Below the pieces are notes generated by a model. That model was given only the letters and a program-made list of their open reading frames with translations. It ran no database searches and had not been told where the DNA came from. This document shows, piece by piece, positions 1 to 9,632 of a stretch of 41,001 bases of DNA (position 1 is its first letter; each line of letters opens with the position of its first letter). The translations under genes were made by a program, and so were the position numbers. Source of the DNA: Sporopachydermia quercuum (lineage: Eukaryota); contig BCGN01000009.1 of assembly GCA_001599295.1 (NCBI GenBank), forward strand, positions 620,001-661,001. Reading direction: 5' to 3'.

Positions 1-581
1 CTTCCCTATTTTTTCGTACTATCAATGTATGTCATATAAACATGTCTACTATCTTTACACCCCCNAAACCTCCATCGTTCATCATAATATATACATTTGG
101 AACCTTAATTTGCGTTTCTTGATCGTTTGGTCGTCCTATTTCTGATCGCGTAATCCTCCTTTTACTTTCGGATCATTTCGGATCCGAACTTCTTCCAGAA
201 TCGGTTCGATTATCGGGTCATTATTAGGATTACCATCTGAGTCTTCAATTTATTCCTTTCTCAATTAACTGATGAATTATTATTAGTAGTATATGATAAT
301 TGCTGCCGGAAAGATTGTAACATTATCAGCAAAGACGTTTGATCCACTGTTATTCTTGCTGATTAACTTTTATTGAGCTTACGTTAATGATTATGCTGAA
401 TTGCAGTTATACCATCTATCGATCAATAGCTTCNTTCAGATCACATTGCCTACATTGATATTACAGTAAACAGTTGAAGTGCTATCAGCAGGACCAAATA
501 AATTAATCGTTCTATCCAGCAAAAACTCTGTTTCTTATTGCTCGGTGATTTTAGTTCAGTACTGCTAAACAAATTGTCATA

Positions 582-1737
582 ATGGCTATACAGTTTATTC
601 TTGTTCAGAATCGTCAAGGCAAAACAAGACTAGCAAAATGGTACACTGCTTACAGTGTAAGTAATTCTAATTATCTATTTTTTTTCTTCAATTGTTGATA
701 GTTAAAGACCTTACAGATTAGATAAAATCTTTGATGGATCCTTTAAATAGGATGCTTATTGATGTCTTGATTGATTATGATAGCAATTGATATGATCAAT
801 CATTCAATATTGATAGATTCTCAAGAGGAAGTTGGCAATAGGAGTTGAGACGAATGATGATACAATTATCTGATAATGGCAACAGACGATAGAAATATAG
901 GATGTGAACCAAGCAGGACTTGAGCAAAACAGGACCAAACTACTTTCAGTATTTTATTGTTATTCATTTCAATTTCATAAAACAGATCAACGCTCGATTC
1001 AGCTTGACATCCTTTAGCCTGTCTTTTTTTATCTTTCAATTCATCTTACATTTCCAAGTTTACAATTTACAATTTCATGTACTAATATCTGCATTCATAG
1101 GATGAAGAAAAATTCAAACTGAAGAACGACGTTTTCAAGATCATTGCTACAAGAGATCAAAAGAATCAAAGCAATTTCGTTGAAGTAAGTATTGAGTTAG
1201 TTGTTGATCGATTGATTGGTGTATTCATTTATAGATGATACTATTTCAGAGTACGAATTAAGACTATGAGATGCTGCGAAGTGTAAAATATGATGAACAG
1301 TTGGTATGAATAGTAGAATGTTTTGATGTTTTTATTTATATGCTATCAGATTAATGTTCATTGTTAATCCGATCTACAGTTACTCTGTCTTTACATACAT
1401 GTAGTCATGTTTCCAGTTCTCCTATAATCATCTTCTATTATCNATACTAACAACTCGCTAGTTTCGATCAAATAAAATAGTCTATCGGCGTTATGCAGGA
1501 TTGTTCTTCTGTGCCTGTATTGAAACAATTGATAATGAATTAAGTCATTTGGAAGCACTGCATCTTTTCGTTGAAACATTGGATACATTTTTTGGAAATG
1601 TATGTGAGTTAGATATCGTATTCAATTTTTATAAAGTATATGCTTTACTAGATGAGATGTATTTGGCTGGTGAGATTGAAGAAACTGCTAAGAAGGTATT
1701 GTTGCAAAGAATTGAAGCTATTGATGAAATGGAATAA
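582..1737 (+). CDS. APS2: AP-2 clathrin adaptor sigma (small) subunit; join(582..656,1101..1184,1462..1737), 144 aa
   Basis: Spliced translation MAIQFILVQNRQGKTRLAKWYTAYS|DEEKFKLKNDVFKIIATRDQKNQSNFVE|FRSNKIVYRRYAGLFFC...NVCELDIVFNFYKVY matches the fungal sigma-2 pattern. Both introns are phase 0 with GTAAGT donors and TACTAAY branch points. Confidence 0.95.
657..1100 (+). other. Spliceosomal intron 1 of APS2 (444 nt)
   Basis: GTAAGT at 657; TACTAAT at 1080-1086; TAG ending at 1100; removal restores the conserved reading frame. Confidence 0.93.
1185..1461 (+). other. Spliceosomal intron 2 of APS2 (277 nt)
   Basis: GTAAGT at 1185; TACTAAC at 1445-1451; TAG ending at 1461; joins SNFVE to FR. 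Confidence 0.93.
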
Positions 1738-2529
1738 ATCGTAATTACTTGCTTCGTCGCTTTGTAATTTGATGATCTGACGATTATATGTGACTCAAGG
1801 AGTTGATTCTGAGGTTAGTATGAGACAGTTGGGTTGGTACTATCGCCCTGTAATGTAAGAATATTGCATTATGGTACTGTTATGAAGGAATTGCGAGCAT
1901 ATACCTATGTTTAACTACTTGGAGATTAATTATAACCGCTATTGGTAGTATTGTCATATAATGCAATCGATCATGCGACATTTTAGTTATTCTCATTCTG
2001 CATAGAAGCGTCCCTGTAGAATCATTCGGTATAGATTCATGCAAGCAGGTAGAGCAGTGATTGCTACAGTTACATTAATACAGCTACAAGGAAGTCTATC
2101 CAAGGAAAGCAATCCACATTATGATACCGACATTCTTTAAAGGATTTAGCTACTGTAACGAATCATGAAGCTTATTCAACTAAGGCCTAACGGATGAGTG
2201 CTACTTGATAGAAAACGAATGAAACGATTTCGTTATAATCACAATTATAATAATTATTTGGTGCTTTCGTATCTATTCACTATGTGCCACTGTTTCAAGT
2301 GAAATGATCGCTCTAACTTTATATGAAGATTAAAATAACATACTGCAAATGACTGAACCATGAACAATAAATCGGAATACTGTATATAAAGCTATTAATT
2401 TATTAATTTAAATCCATTATTTGGTGATTATGATAATAAATTCAACATAAACTCTACGTGACTATCATCATACGTAACTCTTCTAATTTTCAGCATCTGT
2501 ATCATCTATTCTTATACTCAATCTAAGAT

Positions 2530-3526
2530 TCAAAAGCAATAAAACCTTTTAAACCTCTTATTCTTCACAATTGCATCAAATTCATTCCAAATTTCCTGTT
2601 TTACTTCATCAATTGTTTTNCCTTTGACATTCAACGTTTTCCATACAGAATTATCATTGGAACTCGCATTCTCGTTATTACCTTCTTCCTGGATAAAATA
2701 TCCAAAGACATCTCTCACTTTGTCCTGAAAGGATGAATCTTCATATCTTTCTTCGCCATATCCACCACGAGATAATAAATCCAATGCTGACGATGTATGA
2801 AGAAAAAAGGTAATATCTGGTTTTATCAACCCTTTATCTGGTGATAAACACCAATCACGGTCCAAACCTTTAGCCGTGGAATAAGCAATACCAGAATAAA
2901 CATATCTATCTAGAACAATATAGTTTCCTTTCAATAATTCATTTTCAATCTCTTTTATTTTTTCCCATCGATTCGCAGAAAATAAAAGATGGATAGCTTC
3001 ATCTGAAAGATTGGTTGATGTGTCTGTAAGGTAGTTGTTGATTAGTTTTCCAATAGGAGTTGTGCGGTCTAGATTAGTTAGTAAATGAGGTAGAAAACAG
3101 AAAGAAAGGATTTCGTTATGGATATAGAAAAGAATATAACGAGAGAGGATTGCTATGAACTGAAATATGAGGCTTCGTTGTTCTACATAAATATGATCTC
3201 GCTGTTCTACTCATAACGACTTTTCGCGAAAACAGGGTCTAAGGGAGCTTTCTTCCAAATTGAGGTTCATCATCGTCCTCAGTATTCAAATGACCTTTTC
3301 TAAATCAATTCAACTTGACACAATCCAATCGCTTTTCAATACAAACACAGCCACCAGCACTATACTTACCAGGAAACTTCTTCAGCAGTACTTTTCTATC
3401 TGAGTGTTCTTTAGCGAATTTGGCTCTCAAATTATCAACTAAAGCATCGCATTGTGTTGATTTGCCTACTCTGTCTAGTCCTTCTATTAGTATCAGTAGA
3501 CCTCTTTCTGATGATCCATCTGACAT
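2530..3526 (-). CDS. CDC8: Thymidylate (dTMP) kinase; complement(join(2530..3068,3370..3526)), 231 aa
   Basis: P-loop IEGLDRVGKST, FP|DRTTPIG across a phase-1 intron, HLLFSANRWE, and DRYVYSG motifs of eukaryotic TMPK. Confidence 0.95.
3069..3369 (-). other. Spliceosomal intron of CDC8 (301 nt)
   Basis: Minus-strand GTAAGTAT donor at 3369; TACTAAC-TAATCTAG branch and acceptor ending at 3069; restores FPDR. Confidence 0.93.
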
Positions 3527-3725
3527 GGCGATGAGCTCCTCTGTATGTTTCTTATAAGATATAGGTAATCTATAATCAAAGGAATATACAAGGAAGAAAT
3601 GCTTGAACCGACCAATTAATATCAATCTGAAGGGAAGATAGCTGACTTCGTATAATAAATCATGCGCATTTTGATCTATGATCATATGTTGGTGAGGACC
3701 TTTATATCTAATAAACAATTCAAAT

Positions 3726-3731
3726 ACGCGT
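3726..3731. promoter_or_regulatory. MluI cell-cycle box (MCB, ACGCGT) about 200 bp upstream of CDC8
   Basis: Exact ACGCGT in AT-rich DNA; CDC8 is a classical MBF-regulated G1/S gene in yeast. Confidence 0.6.
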
Positions 3732-5025
3732 TTAATCATTAGCAATTGAGATGAGATGAGATAAGAGTGAATTTATGATTACGTAATTAATAATATGGTG
3801 TTTTGGCAGTGAGACGTCAAGTTTTGAGAAATATTAAGTTTGTATTTAAGCTTTTAGGTTTAACACTTAGCTGACGTAAAGTCAGAGGTAGCAACATTTC
3901 AAACTGTTCTATTTCTATGTGTTGATGTTTGCGAAAGTGCGTCCAATCAATTAAGGGTTGGGAGGTAGATGATAAGAGATGAATTGGTAATCCGANGACT
4001 ATGATAACTGGGGAAGATAGGTAAGGAAGAAGAATTTGGAAGGGAGATGAAGGGTTTGATAGAAGGAAAATTAACGAATAAGGATTGAAGGGAATGAATG
4101 CTAAATACTCCGATAAAGACCGCGTACAAGTTCATAGAATATTTTGAATGAAGTGTATAAAAGTAGATCATGAATGAACGAATACATAAATGATTGGTTG
4201 CTTGAAGTATCAAGAGGTGATTTGGGGAGCACCAAATATTCAGTCATNTGACATTTATAAACTCATTCAGATAAAGATCGAAATTCNATCAATAGTGAAT
4301 CAAATCATTCGTACAATGTATAGATNCGTAGTTTGATCTACACCTTCAGTCCCATATTGAAGAATACTTCCTTTCATCATTTTTCATGGTTGAAAACCCC
4401 TTCAGAACTCATGCACCCTTTGTATGAGTATTTTATTCAATAAGTAGTTGGTTTCTGTGTATCATTTTTATATTAAACAGTACTCAGCGAGCCAGTCCTG
4501 TCAATCATTCATGGTCCCCATCTCTCAACTGAGGCCTCATTATTATTCAATTACTAATCCTAAAATCAGCTCTTACTCATCTTGCGGTCCAACTTTAACC
4601 TGTTATTGATCTACTTTGATCCAGCACGATTAACTAATCAACAAGTGAGTAAATGAATGAATACTGAACGTAGATATAATGTAACAGCTTGTGGTTTTTA
4701 ATTCACCTTGTCGAATAGTTAGGGAAGAAAAGTCTCGAAGAATTTTTTGACCTCGTCAGACAGCTGGTGTCAAGCTATACAATGAGTGTTACTAAGTGCA
4801 ACGAAAAATCGTACAACCAATCAATCTTCACAATATAGATCTGAATGTTTGATCAAATGAAATAATAAACTACAATCCTCTTATAAATTCTCTCCCTATA
4901 CTTATTGTTTTATTCTCTATTATAAATTATCTTTAGACAGGATCAATGGTAGCTCCTTCAAACCACCTTCCTACATACGCTTCCCATGCACTTCAATCCA
5001 TTCTCTTCATTCACATTTCCTGTTT

Positions 5026-5033
5026 TCACGTCA
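5026..5033 (-). promoter_or_regulatory. Candidate UPR element (TGACGTGA, Hac1/XBP1-type) upstream of PDI1
   Basis: TCACGTCA about 460 bp upstream of the PDI1 ATG, with TATAAA at 5218-5223; PDI1 is a known UPR target. Confidence 0.45.
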
Positions 5034-5488
5034 GCAGTAAACTCCTTCTAAAATCTTCATTATGAAATCGAAAGCAATATACTTGATCTACGTATCTTTA
5101 ATGAATGAATACTCTACGCCCATTATTATGTAACTCATTCCTGCCTCCAGCAACTTATCTTGAACATCAAGGGAGCATCAGCGTTCCCCGTGTTTTTCTT
5201 GAACGCTCCCTATCCCCTATAAATAAAGTTTCAGTTTTGCCAACTTGTAAAAGTTACAGAATGGGAAATTATGCCTAAACGCCAGCAAGGAACTTTCAAT
5301 TTAATGTAACTTTTCACTTCTTCGTTCTCACTGTTGCTTTTCTCTTTTATAGTGATTTGCTGTACATGATGAACGAGCGAATGAAGAGACTTATTATCTT
5401 TCTTGATCATTGTTGAAGGAAAGAATTGAATTGTATTGATTTGATTGTTTTCTTTGTATGGTACAGTAGAGTATAGGTAGGAAGAACA

Positions 5489-7141
5489 ATGAAGGTCTCA
5501 ACAATTACCAGTGTGTTTGCCTCTGTGGTGGCATTATACAGTAAAGGAGCCTTTGCAGCTGATGGAGCTATTGCTTCTGATGACTCAGAAGTTGTGAAAT
5601 TAGATGGCAAGACGTTCAATGAGTTTGTCAATGATAATGACTTAGTTTTGGCTGAATTTTTTGCTCCCTGGTGCGGACATTGCAAGAATTTGGCCCCAGA
5701 ATTCGAAGCTGCCGCTGATGTATTAAAGGCTAACGATATTCGTTTAGCCCAGATCGATTGTACTGACAACTCTGAATTATGTCAAAAATACGAAGTTAAA
5801 GGATATCCTACTTTGAAAGTATTTAAGGGTTTAGATACTTTTGATGATTATTTGGGAGCTCGTAAGTCTGATTCGATTGTTTCATACATGATTAAGCAAA
5901 GTTTACCTGCTATCTCCCCTATTGAAAGTGCAGCTGACTTCGATAAGTTTGTTGAAACTGCCGATGACGTGGTTATTCTTGGATTTGTTGATCCTGAGGA
6001 TGAAGAAAGCAACAAGGTTTACGGTGAAGTTGCTGAGAAGTTAAGAAACTCTTACTTTTTCTCTCAAANCAGTAGCGAAAATGAAGACTTGGCTAAGAAG
6101 TACGATGTTAAGTCATTTCCAGCTATTGTTTTAATTAGAAAGTCTGAATCTGAATCAAGTGTATATGCTCCTGAAGAAGGTTTCACCACCGACGGAGTCG
6201 CTGAATTTTTCAGCGTTGAATCTATGCCATTATTTGGTGATGTTACTGGTCAAACTTACTCCTCTTACATGGAGTCTGTTAGACCTCTAGTCTATTTCTT
6301 CTATGATAGTGAAGAAGCTAGAGAAGAGTTTGCTGAAGTTATCAAGCCATTGGCTAAAAAATACAGAGGTGTTTTGAACTTTGCCGGTGTTGATGCCCTT
6401 AAGTTTGGTAGACATGCTGAAAACCTCAACATGAAACAAGAATGGCCTGTTCTCGTGATCCATGACATGCAATCTAACAAGAAGTTCGGATTCCCTCAAG
6501 ACCTCGAATTGACTGCTAAAGCTTTTGAAAAACATGTTGAAGATTTCCTTGCCGGCGATTTGTCTCCCACCGAAAAGTCCGAACCTATTCCTGAAGTTCA
6601 AGATGAAGCTGTATATAAGGTTGTCGCAAAGACTTTCGATGAAATCGTGAAGGATGACGACAAGGATGTTTTGATCGAATTCTTTGCTCCATGGTGCGGA
6701 CATTGCAAGAAGTTGGCTCCTACCTACGAGGAATTAGCCGAATTATATAAGGAAAACCCTCTTGTCTCTGACAAAGTTGTGATTGCCAAGATTGATGGTA
6801 GTGCCAACGACGTTGATGTTCAAATTGCCGGTTTCCCCACCATCTTCTTCTATAAGGCTCATGATAAGGAAAACCCCATCATCTTTGAGGGTCCCAGAGA
6901 ACTCGAAAACTTCGTTTCGTTCATCGCAGAAAATGGTTACCATAAGGTTAATGGTTTTACCGCCAAGGAAGAATACGAAGCTTCCAAGGATAGCGAAGAA
7001 GCTGAAGAAAAGGAAGAAGAATCTGCTGCTGAAGAAGAAGAAGAAAACTCATCTGTTGAATCCGCCAGTGAATCAGATGTCTCTCAATCTGAATCAACTG
7101 CTGCCACCTCTTCCGCCACCGTTTCTCACGATGAATTGTAA
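5489..7141 (+). CDS. PDI1: Protein disulfide isomerase, 550 aa
   Basis: Signal peptide, two APWCGHCK thioredoxin active sites, acidic tail, C-terminal HDEL. Confidence 0.98.
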   Translation: MKVSTITSVFASVVALYSKGAFAADGAIASDDSEVVKLDGKTFNEFVNDNDLVLAEFFAPWCGHCKNLAPEFEAAADVLKANDIRLAQIDCTDNSELCQKYEVKGYPTLKVFKGLDTFDDYLGARKSDSIVSYMIKQSLPAISPIESAADFDKFVETADDVVILGFVDPEDEESNKVYGEVAEKLRNSYFFSQXSSENEDLAKKYDVKSFPAIVLIRKSESESSVYAPEEGFTTDGVAEFFSVESMPLFGDVTGQTYSSYMESVRPLVYFFYDSEEAREEFAEVIKPLAKKYRGVLNFAGVDALKFGRHAENLNMKQEWPVLVIHDMQSNKKFGFPQDLELTAKAFEKHVEDFLAGDLSPTEKSEPIPEVQDEAVYKVVAKTFDEIVKDDDKDVLIEFFAPWCGHCKKLAPTYEELAELYKENPLVSDKVVIAKIDGSANDVDVQIAGFPTIFFYKAHDKENPIIFEGPRELENFVSFIAENGYHKVNGFTAKEEYEASKDSEEAEEKEEESAAEEEEENSSVESASESDVSQSESTAATSSATVSHDEL

Positions 7142-7441
7142 GATAATCAAATTACCTTTTAATTCTTTATTTCATAAATACATTATTTAAATTCCATATG
7201 TTTNAACATAGTATGTATCATTCTTTTACTANCGAAACTGTAGATGATACACTCTCATGAAAACCTGTTATTCCCCATATTCCTNTACAATTTGTTCTTT
7301 NTAGCGCTTCTGCTCCCGCGCAACCAATAGCCTCATTAGCAACCTTTTCCATTCATGCACATACATGCATAAGTATGCACCGATATTGACCTTAATTTTA
7401 GAGTTCATCAAACTTTGTCCCATGTGTAGTAATATAGCCAG

Positions 7442-7449
7442 CCGGGTAA
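7442..7449 (+). promoter_or_regulatory. Reb1-type site CCGGGTAA in the MET13 promoter
   Basis: Exact Reb1 consensus about 300 bp upstream of the ATG. Confidence 0.35.
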
Positions 7450-7748
7450 CAAGTGAAATTTATTATTTGGCTTCTTATTATTGAAAATTTTATGGAAATC
7501 ATTAAGAGGCAGCAATTCATACAAAAGGATCAGATAAACTTGTCATATTTCTCCTGAAAATGTTACTATAAAGTCAATTATATGGCGCTTGTANCTCCTA
7601 TTGAATAGCCAGTTGAATTCATAATCNAATCTATGGGAATGCATTATTTGCATCTACAACGGAAAAGGTGACTGGAGTATTTGGTTGCATTGATCGAGTT
7701 CTTATCGGGTATATTTGGTATACTTTTTTTTGCATTTGATAATTAAAG

Positions 7749-9632
7749 ATGAAGATATCTCAAAAGCTGGAACAAGCACATCAGCAGCAACTAGCAGCTG
7801 GAAATAAAGAGGAGAGTGTTCCTACATTTTCTTTTGAATTTTTTGTGCCTAAGACTTCACAAGGAATACAAAACTTATACGATCGTATGGATCGTATGTA
7901 TGAGCTTGGACCTCAATTTGTTGATATCACTTGGAACGCTGGAGGTGTTTTATCCAATTTAACATGTGAAATCACCGATACTGCTCAATCGGTTATAGGT
8001 ATTGATACTTGTATGCACTTAACGTGTACAGGTATGCCAAAGGAAATGGTAGATAATGCTTTGAAATCTGCTTATGAAGCAGGCTGCCAAAACATATTAG
8101 CTTTACGTGGTGATCCAGTAGTAACGAAAGAAGGTGAAGCTCCTCCTGCTTTCTATTATGCTGTTGATCTTGTTAAGTATATTCGTGAACAGTATGGTGA
8201 TCATTTCGCTATTGGAGTTGCTGCTTATCCAGAAGGCCATCCAGAAGAACAAAATATTGACGTGTTGATCCAACATCTAAAAGAGAAAGTGGATGCCGGT
8301 GCAGATTTCATTATAACTCAAATGTTTTATGACGCTGATAACTTCATTTCTTGGGTAAAGAAATGCAGAGCAGCAGGCATTAACATCCCTATTTTGCCTG
8401 GTATTATGCCCATCTCTACTTACGCCAGTTTCATTAGACGTGCTACTTGGTGTGAAATCAATATTCTTCCTAGCTGGTTGGAAGTTTTGGAAAACGTGAA
8501 AGATGACGATGCCAAAGTGCGTAAGCTTGGCTGCAAACTAGTAGCTGATATGTGCAGTAAAATTCTCAATGCTGGTATTGGAATTACCCATCTACATTTC
8601 TATACCATGAATTTAGAGAAATCAACAATGATGGTATTGGAAGAATTAGGGGTTCTTTCAAAACAGAATTGCAGAAGTGGTACTTCATCACCTTTACCAT
8701 GGAGACAATCATTAGCCAAAGGAAGAGATCGTGAATCTGTTCGACCTATTTTTTGGAGAAATAGAAGATACACTTACATTTCGCGTACTCAAGATTGGGA
8801 TGAATTCCCTAATGGAAGATGGGGTGATAGTAGATCACCAGCTTTTGGCGAATTAGACCTATTTTCTGGTGGTGTATTAAGACATACTCCCAAGAAAGCC
8901 TTAGAACTATGGGGCTGTCCTTCTACTACTGCCGGAATTGGTANTTTAATCATCAAATATTTAGATGGGAAAATCAAAAGCTTGCCATGGAGTGATTCTC
9001 CGGCTACAGTTGAAGTCAATCCAATCAAATCAGAAATCGTTGATTTAAACGAACGTGGGTTAATTACTGTTAATTCTCAACCTCCTATTGATGGATTACC
9101 ATCAACTGATGCCGTTCACGGTTGGGGACCAAAGAATGGCTATGTGTATCAAAAGGCATATTTAGAGCTATTCTTATCTAAAGAAACATTAGATATTGTT
9201 ATTGGAAGAATTGAAGCACTCATCAAAGAAAACCCCAACAATAATGATTTAATCACCTACTATGCTGTCAATAAGGAAGGACAGCTGTTTACCAATGCTC
9301 AAGTAGATTGTGCCAATGCAGTTACCTGGGGAATCTATCCTGGGAAAGAAATCGTTCAACCAACTGTTGTCGAGAAAGTTGCTTTCTTAGCATGGAAAGA
9401 CGAAGCATTCAAAGTAGGTGTTGAATGGGCCGGTATCTTTGATACTAAAGAAGCCGAGCTTTTTGTTTCAGGAGAAGGCAAAGGAAAACCATGCGACAAA
9501 GATTGTTTAAAAGCTTCTTCTGCATTGATTTCCAATATTATGAACAATTGGTATCTTGTTAACATTGTGCATAATGACTATAAACAAGAGAATGTTATTT
9601 TCAAGTTATTTGAAGGATTATCACAAGTTTAA
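7749..9632 (+). CDS. MET13: Methylenetetrahydrofolate reductase (Met13 type), 627 aa
   Basis: MKISQKL...FSFEFFVPKTSQGIQNLYDRMDRMY, CMHLTCT, LALRGDP, ITQMFYD, and the SAM-binding regulatory domain (WDEFPNGRWGDSRSPAFG, YQKAYLE). Confidence 0.95.
   Translation: MKISQKLEQAHQQQLAAGNKEESVPTFSFEFFVPKTSQGIQNLYDRMDRMYELGPQFVDITWNAGGVLSNLTCEITDTAQSVIGIDTCMHLTCTGMPKEMVDNALKSAYEAGCQNILALRGDPVVTKEGEAPPAFYYAVDLVKYIREQYGDHFAIGVAAYPEGHPEEQNIDVLIQHLKEKVDAGADFIITQMFYDADNFISWVKKCRAAGINIPILPGIMPISTYASFIRRATWCEINILPSWLEVLENVKDDDAKVRKLGCKLVADMCSKILNAGIGITHLHFYTMNLEKSTMMVLEELGVLSKQNCRSGTSSPLPWRQSLAKGRDRESVRPIFWRNRRYTYISRTQDWDEFPNGRWGDSRSPAFGELDLFSGGVLRHTPKKALELWGCPSTTAGIGXLIIKYLDGKIKSLPWSDSPATVEVNPIKSEIVDLNERGLITVNSQPPIDGLPSTDAVHGWGPKNGYVYQKAYLELFLSKETLDIVIGRIEALIKENPNNNDLITYYAVNKEGQLFTNAQVDCANAVTWGIYPGKEIVQPTVVEKVAFLAWKDEAFKVGVEWAGIFDTKEAELFVSGEGKGKPCDKDCLKASSALISNIMNNWYLVNIVHNDYKQENVIFKLFEGLSQV

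Noticed and set aside
3362..3373. ATACTTACCAGG resembles the 5' end of U1 snRNA
   Set aside because: It is the reverse complement of the CDC8 splice donor, and the following bases are CDC8 exon 1 coding sequence.
4268..4380. Box C (ATGATGA) and box D (CTGA) arrangement on the minus strand, a possible C/D snoRNA
   Set aside because: No terminal stem and no rRNA-complementary guide that I can recognise; these boxes are common in AT-rich DNA.
5407..7190. Antisense and alternate-frame ORFs over PDI1 (similar ones overlap MET13, MET30, HIS1, the protease and the cyclin)
   Set aside because: Shadow ORFs expected from codon bias and low complexity; no recognisable motifs.
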